This document shows positions 37,385 through 44,537 of a stretch of DNA of 44,537 nucleotides, in pieces. Made by a program: the position numbers and the translations under genes. The notes under the pieces are model-generated. The model did no database searches, was not told the origin of the DNA, and was given only the letters and a program-made list of their open reading frames with translations. The first letter of the stretch is position 1; the number at the start of each line of letters is the position of its first letter. This stretch comes from Erysipelotrichaceae bacterium (GTDB lineage Bacteria; Bacillota_I; Bacilli_A; RFN20; CAG-449): NCBI GenBank assembly GCA_022772105.1, contig JALFBO010000029.1, forward strand, positions 1-44,537, written 5' to 3'.

Positions 37385-37618
37385 TTATAATTCGTCGAAA
37401 GATTTAGGTACTTTATCTTTCTTTATCGCATTAATTATTTTCTCTTCTTTTTCTTTAGAAACCTCTTTATTTGCTAATTTTGCCACCTTTTTAATAAGAT
37501 TTCGTATACTTTCATCGGAAGATAAATCTTGTGAAGTAACTGTTTTTGCAAGCGAAATGATATCTTCTTTTTTTACCGATGTTCTTTTCTCAACTTTGGA
37601 AAAAATACTATCATCCAT
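37385..37618 (-). CDS. Small SpoVIF-like (stage VI sporulation protein F family) protein
   Basis: The ATG at 37618 has SD GGAGGG. The pattern F.KVEKRT.V.KEDI..LA......DL.DE..IR.LIKKVA.LANKEVSKEKEEKII.AI matches my memory of the SpoVIF family. Confidence 0.55.
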   Translation of the reverse strand: MDDSIFSKVEKRTSVKKEDIISLAKTVTSQDLSSDESIRNLIKKVAKLANKEVSKEKEEKIINAIKKDKVPKSFDEL

Positions 37619-37671
37619 GTAAAACGCCCTCCTACATTTAATGTATGAAAAAAAAGTAAGTCTGTTACAAC

Positions 37672-38979
37672 CTACTTTCTTTCTCGACAAATAATTTTTA
37701 TAGGTGAACCGGTAAACTCAAAGCAATCTCTTAAGCGATTTTCTAAAAATCTTTGATAGGAAAAATGCATATAGTTTGGTGAGTTAACAAAAAGAACAAA
37801 TGTTGGAGGACAACTAGCAACTTGATTTCCAAAATAAATCTTTAATCTTCCTCCGTTAAAGTCTGGAGGAGGGTTAATAATTTGCGCATCTTGTAAAATC
37901 TCATTTAGTGTTGATGTTGCCACTCGATAAGTATATGAAGAATATGCTAAATCAATCTCTGGGAATAAGGTAGCAATACGCGATTTATTTTTCGCAGATA
38001 AATAAACAATTGGAGCATAATCTAAAAATTTAAATTCATTTCTAATCTTTTTAGTAAATTCGCTCATAGAATTTTGTTCATGAGGAACTAAATCCCATTT
38101 ATTCACTACGATAACAATCGCTTTATGTGCATCTAAAGCGTATCCAACAACGTGTTTATCCTGTTGTTGAATTCCTTCACTAGCATCGATGACAAGAAGA
38201 ACCACATCGCTTCTATCTATCGCAGCTAGAGCGCGGATGGCAGCATATTTATCAACTGATTCATATATTTTTCCTCTTTTTTTAAGTCCTGCTGTATCAA
38301 TAACAATATAGTCTTTACCATCGCGTTTAAAATGTGTATCAATAGAGTCACGTGTAGTACCTTCAATAGAAGAAACAATTACTCTTTCTTGATTTAAAAT
38401 GGCATTAGTTAAAGATGATTTTCCAACATTTGGACGTCCGATAAGAGAAAACTTAATTTCGTTATCATATTCTTTTTCTTTCTTTTCTGGAAGTAATTCA
38501 ATAATCTTATCAAGAATATCCCCAATTCCTATACCATGAGAACCTGAGCAAGGTAAAGGATCTCCTAAACCTAGTCCATAGAATTCTGGAACGTTATCAC
38601 TTTTTTCAATTTCATCTACCTTATTAACCGCTAGAATGATAGGTTTAGTAGTTTTATAAAGCATCTTAGCTACTAAGCGATCATCACGAGTAATACCCAC
38701 TTGTCCATCGACTACAAAAACAATAACATCCGCTTCTTCAATTGCTATTTCCACTTGCGCTCTTATTTGTTCTTGAAAAGGAGCATTTTGTATTTCCACT
38801 CCTCCTGTGTCGACCACAGAAAAAGTTTGAGTAAGCCACTCTGCCTTACCATATAAACGATCTCTTGTAATGCCGGCTTGATCATCTACTATCGCTTGTC
38901 GTTCGCCAATAATACGATTAAAAATTGTCGATTTTCCGACGTTAGGTGAACCAACTATAGCCACTAATCCTCTACTCAT
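37672..38979 (-). CDS. der: Ribosome-associated GTPase Der/EngA (tandem GTPase domains + KH-like domain)
   Basis: There are two G-domains (GSPNVGKST ... DTGG ... NKVD; GRPNVGKSS ... DTAG ... NKWD). Confidence 0.96.
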   Translation of the reverse strand: MSRGLVAIVGSPNVGKSTIFNRIIGERQAIVDDQAGITRDRLYGKAEWLTQTFSVVDTGGVEIQNAPFQEQIRAQVEIAIEEADVIVFVVDGQVGITRDDRLVAKMLYKTTKPIILAVNKVDEIEKSDNVPEFYGLGLGDPLPCSGSHGIGIGDILDKIIELLPEKKEKEYDNEIKFSLIGRPNVGKSSLTNAILNQERVIVSSIEGTTRDSIDTHFKRDGKDYIVIDTAGLKKRGKIYESVDKYAAIRALAAIDRSDVVLLVIDASEGIQQQDKHVVGYALDAHKAIVIVVNKWDLVPHEQNSMSEFTKKIRNEFKFLDYAPIVYLSAKNKSRIATLFPEIDLAYSSYTYRVATSTLNEILQDAQIINPPPDFNGGRLKIYFGNQVASCPPTFVLFVNSPNYMHFSYQRFLENRLRDCFEFTGSPIKIICRERK

Positions 38980-39640
38980 TTATATCTCCTACCTTTTCTA
39001 GGATTATTTTTATAATCGCATCAATAGATTCTTCTATAGTTAAAGAAGAAGTATCTAATGAAATTGCATCATCAGCCTTACGAAGAGGTGCGAATTCACG
39101 ATGCGAATCAATATAATCACGTCTTTCTAAGTCTTTTTCTATTTCTTCTTTAGTTAAATTTATGCCTCTTTGCAAATTTTCTAAATAACGTCTTTCCGCT
39201 CTTGTTTTAACACTAGCCACTTGAAATATCTTCACATCCGCATTAGGTAATACGTATGTACCAATATCTCTTCCATCCATTACAACTGATTTATTGAGAG
39301 CCATTTTTCTTTGTTCTTCCACTAGATGCAAGCGCACATATTTATTCGCAGCAATAAAAGAAACATTAGCAACTACTTCTTGCGTTCTAATTTCTTTTGT
39401 GACATCTTCTCCATTTAAAAGAACATCTCCGTTCACTAATAAGTCAATCTTAATGTCTTTTAATAAAGATGCAACTTTTTCATCATCTTGACAATTAACG
39501 CCTTTTTTTAGAGCATAAAGGGTAACACAGCGATACATAGCGCCTGTGTCTACATATGTGTATCCTAATTTTTTTGCTACTCCTTTAGCAACAGTAGATT
39601 TACCTGCTGCTGATGGTCCGTCAATTGCAATTGTTATCAT
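38972..39640 (-). CDS. cmk: Cytidylate kinase
   Basis: IAIDGPSAAGKSTVAK, DTGAMYR and GRD.GT blocks are present. The gene overlaps der by 8 nt. Confidence 0.95.
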   Translation of the reverse strand: MITIAIDGPSAAGKSTVAKGVAKKLGYTYVDTGAMYRCVTLYALKKGVNCQDDEKVASLLKDIKIDLLVNGDVLLNGEDVTKEIRTQEVVANVSFIAANKYVRLHLVEEQRKMALNKSVVMDGRDIGTYVLPNADVKIFQVASVKTRAERRYLENLQRGINLTKEEIEKDLERRDYIDSHREFAPLRKADDAISLDTSSLTIEESIDAIIKIILEKVGDINE

Positions 39641-39659
39641 AAATAAAACTCCTACAAAA

Positions 39660-40034
39660 TTAGTTGATAATGAAATAAATAATTAAAATAATGAGAATTG
39701 CTACAGCAACTCCAAACAATGAAATTATAATGATTCTATTTTTCTTTTCAAGTCTTTCTTGTTCTTCTTCAAAAGCTTTTATATCTTTTTCTTGATCTTG
39801 ACCAGTAATGGAACTATATTGGTCATGAGCAGCAAAAATATCATCTAAAGATAAAGAACGAGTACGTTTTCCAACATGTTTAATTGGAGCAGTTACATCT
39901 TCTTGACTAGTAGAATCATCAATACTCTTATTAGATGGCACTTGATATGGAGTTTGATACATAGAATTATCATCCATCTTTGCAATGTCATCTCTTAGTT
40001 TTGCATATTTCTTTACTCTGGTATTTTCTTCCAT
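39660..40034 (-). CDS. Hypothetical C-terminally anchored (tail-anchored) protein
   Basis: The ATG at 40034 has SD GAGGGTG. A hydrophilic N-region is followed by a single C-terminal TM, IIIISLFGVAVAILIILIIYFII. Confidence 0.6.
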   Translation of the reverse strand: MEENTRVKKYAKLRDDIAKMDDNSMYQTPYQVPSNKSIDDSTSQEDVTAPIKHVGKRTRSLSLDDIFAAHDQYSSITGQDQEKDIKAFEEEQERLEKKNRIIIISLFGVAVAILIILIIYFIIN

Positions 40035-40208
40035 GTTATGCACCCTCTTCACTACTAGTATATAATACAAGAAATCTTATAAAATTAATAGTAATAAAAT
40101 GATAAATTCCAATTGTTTATAAAGAGAAGATAGTTGCAAGTATTTGATTTTTTCTTCACGGACAAAAATGTTCTTGTGTCGATTTGTGGTAAGGCAATGA
40201 CAAAAGTA

Positions 40209-40237
40209 TTGAAAAAAGACTTCCTTCCTAATATAAT
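40209..40237 (+). promoter_or_regulatory. Near-consensus sigma-A promoter of the ferredoxin gene
   Basis: The sequence is TTGAAA (40209-40214), a 17-nt spacer, then TATAAT (40232-40237), followed by SD AAGGAGG. Confidence 0.6.
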
Positions 40238-40266
40238 TAATACGTATATTAAGGAGGCTATTAAAA

Positions 40267-40461
40267 ATGGCAAAAAAAGTTACAGTTAAGAAAGATGTCT
40301 GCATCGGTTGTGGATTATGCACAAGCACAGCTCCAGAAGTATTCGCTTTTGGTGATGACGGATTAGCAGAAGCAGTTGTTGCAGAAGTTGCAGCAGATTT
40401 AGAAGCAAGCGCTGATGAAGCAGCAGCAAGCTGTCCAGTTTCAGCTATCGAAGTAGAATAG
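40267..40461 (+). CDS. fdx: Small single-cluster [4Fe-4S]/[3Fe-4S] ferredoxin
   Basis: The protein is 64 aa with CIGCGLC ... CP (C-x2-C-x2-C ... CP). It is acidic and Ala-rich, with a strong SD and its own terminator. Confidence 0.9.
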   Translation: MAKKVTVKKDVCIGCGLCTSTAPEVFAFGDDGLAEAVVAEVAADLEASADEAAASCPVSAIEVE

Positions 40462-40474
40462 TTTAAAACTTATT

Positions 40475-40501
40475 AGGCATCTCTTGAAGATGCCTTTTTT
40501 A
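40475..40501 (+). terminator. Rho-independent terminator of the ferredoxin gene
   Basis: The sequence is AGGCATCT-CTTGA-AGATGCCT followed by TTTTTT. Confidence 0.75.
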
Positions 40502-40504
40502 TGC

Positions 40505-40549
40505 AAAAAAAAAGATTTGTAAAGGTAAGTTAAATCCTAAACAAATCTT
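40505..40549 (-). terminator. Terminator of mscL
   Basis: The minus strand reads AAGATTTGT..AGG-(loop)-CCT..ACAAATCTT followed by a TTTTTTT run. Confidence 0.55.
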
Positions 40550-40554
40550 TTTTC

Positions 40555-41142
40555 TTATTTTTGATTTCTTAATAAATCTCTAATTTCAGTTAATAATTCT
40601 TCACTAACTGAAAGAGGAGCAGGTTTAGAAGCTTCTTCTTGAGCTTTCTTTGCCTCTTCTTCTTTTTGAGCTTTATAAGCATCGTAGAATTCTTGTTCTT
40701 TCTTTCTTAATTTGATTCCTTTTTCAACTTTGAATTCAATTCTCTTAACTTTATTTGACATTGCTTCATTAGCATCTTTAACTTTATTAAATGCTTTTAC
40801 AATGCAGAATAATACAATAGCCACTAAAAGGAAATTGATAATTGCAGAAATAAATGCTCCCCAATCGATATAGATAGACTTTGTCATATCTAATACATTA
40901 GTGGCATTTCCCGCTTCATCAAGAACCCAAACCTTTACAAGAGGAGTGTACATCTTATTTAATGCGTCTGCATTTCCACCACAAAGGTAGTAAATGATTG
41001 TATTGATTATAGGCTTTAAGATCCCATTTGATAAAGCTGTAACAATCGCTGTGAAAGCTGCACCAACGATAGTACCAACAGCCATATCCATCACATTTCC
41101 ACGTGATATAAACTTTTTAAACTCAGCAAAAAATTTCTTCAT
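40555..41142 (-). CDS. mscL: Large-conductance mechanosensitive channel (extended variant)
   Basis: The N-terminus F..FI.RGNV.D.AVG.IVGAAFT.IV..L...I..P is diagnostic. At 195 aa it has a long extracellular loop and a charged C-terminal insertion before the conserved terminal helix. Confidence 0.92.
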   Translation of the reverse strand: MKKFFAEFKKFISRGNVMDMAVGTIVGAAFTAIVTALSNGILKPIINTIIYYLCGGNADALNKMYTPLVKVWVLDEAGNATNVLDMTKSIYIDWGAFISAIINFLLVAIVLFCIVKAFNKVKDANEAMSNKVKRIEFKVEKGIKLRKKEQEFYDAYKAQKEEEAKKAQEEASKPAPLSVSEELLTEIRDLLRNQK

Positions 41143-41316
41143 GAATTCATTTCTCCTTTCCCTATTTTTTATTATACAACCTTATTATAAAGGCATAAAT
41201 ATATTTTTATAAAAGATGATAAAGCATTTATTCGTGTAAGCATTTTCATTTAGCGGAGTTATATCTTTTATGCACTTTTTTTATTATAATAGCCCTAATA
41301 TTAGGAGAAATTTCTT

Positions 41317-41874
41317 ATGAGAAGAACGATATTAAGCGAAGAAGAAATCCAAACTATTTGTTCAATGATTGGAAGACAATTATCTTCCCGTTATAGATTT
41401 TCTGATGAACCTCCTGTTGCTATATGCGTCATGAATGGAGCCATTCCTTTTGCATCGGATTTATTAAAAAACGTCAATATTCCTATAATAATTGACTATA
41501 TTCAATTAAGCACTTATAGAAATAGTGAATCAAATGGTAATGTTATTATCAATAAAGATATTTCCACAAATTTACAAAATAGAGATGTAATAATTATAGA
41601 AGATATCGTCGATAGCGGAATTTCTTTAAATTTCTTAACCGATTATATCTTCAAAAAATATCGTCCAAAAAGCATCGTATCTGTTTCCTTAATCTCACGT
41701 ATTTCTAAAAGAAAAGTATCTGTAAAAATCGATTATTTAGGAAAAGAAATTGACGAAGACTCTTTCCTAGTAGGATATGGTCTAGACTACAAAAAAATGT
41801 TTAGAAATGAACGTTATGTCTTTGTTCCTTCCCAAGAAGAAATTGAGGAATGGGATAAATTAGTAAAAGAATAA
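41317..41874 (+). CDS. hpt: Hypoxanthine(-guanine) phosphoribosyltransferase
   Basis: The PRPP-binding motif is VIIIEDIVDSGISL. The C-terminal block is VGYGLDY....RN, and the size is 185 aa. Confidence 0.92.
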   Translation: MRRTILSEEEIQTICSMIGRQLSSRYRFSDEPPVAICVMNGAIPFASDLLKNVNIPIIIDYIQLSTYRNSESNGNVIINKDISTNLQNRDVIIIEDIVDSGISLNFLTDYIFKKYRPKSIVSVSLISRISKRKVSVKIDYLGKEIDEDSFLVGYGLDYKKMFRNERYVFVPSQEEIEEWDKLVKE

Positions 41875-41897
41875 TTTATTTTATATACAATACAAAT

Positions 41898-41967
41898 AAA
41901 AAAAGAAAATTTGAGTAAAAAAATACCCAACCATAATGATCGGGTATCTAAACTCAAATTTTTTTAA
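41898..41967. terminator. Bidirectional composite terminator between hpt and hydA
   Basis: The outer stem is AAATTTGAGT / ACTCAAATTT and the inner stem is ATACCC / GGGTAT. An A-run lies upstream and a T-run downstream. The T-run overlaps the hydA stop codon. Confidence 0.6.
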
Positions 41968-43736
41968 TCTTTAAATGGTTTTCTACCTGCATAAGTTGTA
42001 TGTAACAACTCATGAGCTTTATGAGAATTTGGTTCACCTAAGAAATCTTTATATAAAGCTTGAATTTGAGGATTGTTATGAGATTGTCTTAGTGTTAATC
42101 TTTCATCTTCTGAATATATTGCAGCAGCACGTTTTTGTCTATATGTATCTAAGATATCAACATCTTCATCCTTTAAGAAACAAGGTTTAACATAAGATTG
42201 TCCACCACCATTGATACATCCTCCTGGGCAACACATAATCTCGATAAATGTGTATTTTGATTTTCCAGCACGAATGTCATCTAAAATTGGTTTAGCATTC
42301 TTCATACCAGATGCAATAGCAACATTAATTTGTTTTCCACCTAATGTGAAAGAAGCTTCTTTTAATCCTTGTAAGCCACGAACTTCTTCAAATTTAATTG
42401 CTTCATGTTCTTTACCTTCAAGAGCAAAATATGCTGTTCTTAAAGCTGCTTCCATAACGCCACCAGTAACACCGAAGATAACGCCAGCACCTGTGTAATC
42501 GCCAAGTAAGTCTTGATCGAATTCTTCATCAGGTAGACGTTTGAAATCAATACCAGAACGTTTAATTAAATCACCTAATTCTCTTGTTGTTAATACTGCA
42601 TCAACATCCTTGATACCATCTTTTTGAAGTTGTTCTCTTTCCTTTTCAAACTTCTTCGCAGTACAAGGCATAATAGAAACGACAAAGATATCTTTTGGAT
42701 CCAAACCGTTCTTTTGAGCAAAATATGATTTGATAATTGCACCTTCCATCTCATGAGGAGATTTACAAGAAGATAGATGATCAAGTAAATCTGAATAATA
42801 ATATTCAGCATAATTGATCCAACCTGGAGAACAAGAGGTAATCATTGGAAGAGAACCATTGTTTTTAATTCTATACAATAATTCATTTGCTTCTTCCATG
42901 ATTGTTAAGTCAGCACCGAAGTTAGTGTCATAAACTCTATCAAATCCTAAACGTTTTAATGCTGCAACCATCTTTCCAGTAACAGGTGTACCAATCTTCA
43001 TACCGAATTCTTCACCTAAAGAAGCTCTAACAGCAGGAGCTGTTTGAACAACAACAAACTTTCCTTCTGCTTTTGCTTTATCAACTAAATTGATTTCTGA
43101 TTTTTCCATCAATGCACCTGTTGGACATACGTTGACGCATTGTCCACATAATAAACAAGGTGATTTAGCAAATGAACGATTGCCAGCTGGAGCAACGATT
43201 GTATTAAATCCACGATTTTCAAATCCAAGAATTCCATTACCATGAGCGTCAGCACATCTTGCTACACAACGTCCGCATAAAATACATTTTGATGTATCGC
43301 GGATAATAGATGGAGTTAAATCATCATATGTAGTAGGTGTTTTTTCACCAGCGAACATATTTTCTCTTGCTCCTACTAATTTAGCAACGTGTAACAATTC
43401 ACAATTGCCGTTTTTACGACATTGTTGACAGTTTTGATTATGATTTGAAAGTAATAATTCAACAGAGATTCTTCTTGCGTTTACTGCGCGAGGAGAATTG
43501 ATTTTAATTTCCATTCCTTCTGCAACTGGGAATACACAAGAAGCTGATAAACCTCTTGCTCCTCCACCTACTGCTTCAACTAAACATACACGACAAGATG
43601 CTTTTGAGCATTGTCCATGATTAAATGCACATAATGAAGGGATTTCATATCCACAAAGTCTAGCAGCTTCTAGAATTGTTAGGCCTTCCTCTACTTGATA
43701 GGAATGGCCCTCAATTTTAATATTTACTAATGCCAT
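41964..43736 (-). CDS. hydA: [FeFe]-hydrogenase catalytic subunit (M3-type, HydA of a HydABC-like complex)
   Basis: An N-terminal 2Fe-2S plant-type domain and a His-ligated cluster are followed by 2x[4Fe-4S] (CILCGRCVARC, CLLCGQCVNVCP). The H-cluster motifs are TSCSPGW, MPCTAKKFE and MCCPGGCINGGGQ. Confidence 0.96.
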   Translation of the reverse strand: MALVNIKIEGHSYQVEEGLTILEAARLCGYEIPSLCAFNHGQCSKASCRVCLVEAVGGGARGLSASCVFPVAEGMEIKINSPRAVNARRISVELLLSNHNQNCQQCRKNGNCELLHVAKLVGARENMFAGEKTPTTYDDLTPSIIRDTSKCILCGRCVARCADAHGNGILGFENRGFNTIVAPAGNRSFAKSPCLLCGQCVNVCPTGALMEKSEINLVDKAKAEGKFVVVQTAPAVRASLGEEFGMKIGTPVTGKMVAALKRLGFDRVYDTNFGADLTIMEEANELLYRIKNNGSLPMITSCSPGWINYAEYYYSDLLDHLSSCKSPHEMEGAIIKSYFAQKNGLDPKDIFVVSIMPCTAKKFEKEREQLQKDGIKDVDAVLTTRELGDLIKRSGIDFKRLPDEEFDQDLLGDYTGAGVIFGVTGGVMEAALRTAYFALEGKEHEAIKFEEVRGLQGLKEASFTLGGKQINVAIASGMKNAKPILDDIRAGKSKYTFIEIMCCPGGCINGGGQSYVKPCFLKDEDVDILDTYRQKRAAAIYSEDERLTLRQSHNNPQIQALYKDFLGEPNSHKAHELLHTTYAGRKPFKD

Positions 43737-43750
43737 AATATTTTTCCCTC

Positions 43751-44537
43751 CTAGTCCTTAATAATAGCTTTAAATTTACAATTTGCTTCACAAAGTCCGC
43801 ACTTGATACATTTAGCAGCATTGATAACATGAATTCTTAATGGGAATGTAGCTGGTTTACCAACTGGAGCTTTTTCAGTCTTAGTAATTGCAGATACTGG
43901 ACAGTTTCTAGCACACATACCACATCCTGCACACTTCTCATCAATAATACGATATTTCATTAAGTTCTTACAAACGTGTGCTTTACATTTCTTATCGACG
44001 ATATGTTCAACATATTCATCCATAAAGTTAGCCATAGTAGATAGAATTGGGTTAGCAGATGTTTGTCCTAATCCACATAATGAGTTGGACTTAACTGCCG
44101 CTGCTAATTCTTTTAATGCTTCTAAATCTTCCATTGTACCTTTTCCATCAACGATACGATTTAAAATTTCAAGCATTCTCTTTGTACCAATTCTACATGG
44201 TGTACATTTACCACATGATTCATCACAAATAAATTCCATATAGAATTTTGCGATGTTAACCATACAGTTATCTTCATCCATAACAATAGCGCCGCCAGAA
44301 CCCATCATGGAACCAAGAGCAACTAAGTTGTCATAATCGATTGGAGTATCTAAATTTTCTTTTGTTAAGCATCCTCCTGATGGTCCACCAGTTTGAATAG
44401 CTTTAAAGTCTTTGTTATTTGGGATACCACCACCAATATCATAAACAAGTTCACGAATTGTAGTACCCATTGGAATTTCAACAAGACCAACATTATTTAC
44501 TTTACCGCCTAAAGCGAATACTTTAGTACCTTTTGAT
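43751..44537 (-). CDS. hydB: NuoF-like flavoprotein subunit of multimeric hydrogenase (HydB/HndC), 5'-truncated by the window edge
   Basis: The frame stays open to the window end (..[24 protein letters not shown]..). The NuoF [4Fe-4S] block is SCGKCTPCR, and there are C-terminal 2x[4Fe-4S] ferredoxin motifs ([23 protein letters not shown]). Confidence 0.9.
   Translation of the reverse strand, partial: SKGTKVFALGGKVNNVGLVEIPMGTTIRELVYDIGGGIPNNKDFKAIQTGGPSGGCLTKENLDTPIDYDNLVALGSMMGSGGAIVMDEDNCMVNIAKFYMEFICDESCGKCTPCRIGTKRMLEILNRIVDGKGTMEDLEALKELAAAVKSNSLCGLGQTSANPILSTMANFMDEYVEHIVDKKCKAHVCKNLMKYRIIDEKCAGCGMCARNCPVSAITKTEKAPVGKPATFPLRIHVINAAKCIKCGLCEANCKFKAIIKD

Noticed and set aside
40077-40328. 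Two overlapping minus-strand ORFs (83 and 62 aa) in the spacer upstream of the ferredoxin gene.
   Set aside because: They overlap the ferredoxin promoter, SD and start. They have no SD and a hydrophobic nonsense composition. The region is better explained as a divergent promoter spacer.
41294-41305. A perfect 12-bp palindrome, CCTAATATTAGG, between the hpt -10 box and SD (a possible operator).
   Set aside because: Several 12-bp palindromes are expected by chance in 44 kb of AT-rich DNA. The loop is too small for an RNA hairpin. Nothing else supports it, though a genome-wide motif search would be worth running.
1-44537. Possibility of Mycoplasma-type genetic code 4 (TGA = Trp), given the Mollicutes-like gene content.
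   Set aside because: All conserved proteins are full length under code 11. Trp residues checked in conserved genes (for example in fusA) are TGG. TGA terminates the alpha/beta hydrolase ORF right before a terminator.
1-44537. A CRISPR array, long tandem repeats, rRNA genes or prophage/defence gene clusters.
   Set aside because: Reading through all intergenic spacers found no regularly spaced direct repeats. No nuclease/helicase/methylase-type defence genes were recognised. The spacers are short and are explained by promoters and terminators.

Overview
This is an AT-rich, gene-dense chromosomal segment with almost every gene on the minus strand. It appears to come from a low-GC Firmicutes or Mollicutes-related bacterium (Acholeplasma- or RF39-like in flavour). 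It uses the standard genetic code: conserved genes are intact with TGG for Trp, and TGA is used as a stop. The housekeeping backbone includes tRNA-Lys(CUU), udk and the str operon (rpsL-rpsG-fusA-tuf). It also includes cmk-der, mscL, hpt, a small ferredoxin, and the hydB(partial)-hydA genes of a multimeric [FeFe]-hydrogenase. Between these lie several accessory or envelope modules, listed here in ascending coordinates. (1) A CUT1-type ABC importer operon (ATPase, 2 permeases, SBP lipoprotein) continues into a 610-aa surface lipoprotein and a lamin-tail + SNase-type nuclease lipoprotein. This matches the nuclease/ugp-like synteny known from mycoplasmas. (2) Three tandem paralogous RDD-family membrane proteins have their own promoter, directly after the tuf terminator. 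(3) A two-gene operon encodes a CotH-like lipoprotein and a membrane-anchored alpha/beta hydrolase. (4) A compact 7-gene type IV pilus / competence-pseudopilus-like operon runs pilin - PilM-like - pilin - degenerate pilin - PilD - PilC - PilB. (5) Two operons carry P-type ATPases, an MFS transporter, a Fe-alcohol dehydrogenase translationally coupled to an orphan membrane protein, and a GtrB-like glycosyltransferase. The 5' window edge holds a frameshifted transposase-like remnant next to the tRNA. I saw no CRISPR array, no rRNA and no recognisable defence system. The most interesting material is the combination of surface nuclease/ABC importer and minimal type IV pilus operon. Next come a promoter-hairpin-sORF-terminator leader upstream of the ABC operon, the RDD triplet and the CotH lipoprotein operon. 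All functional calls rest on motif recognition by eye, and no database search was run.
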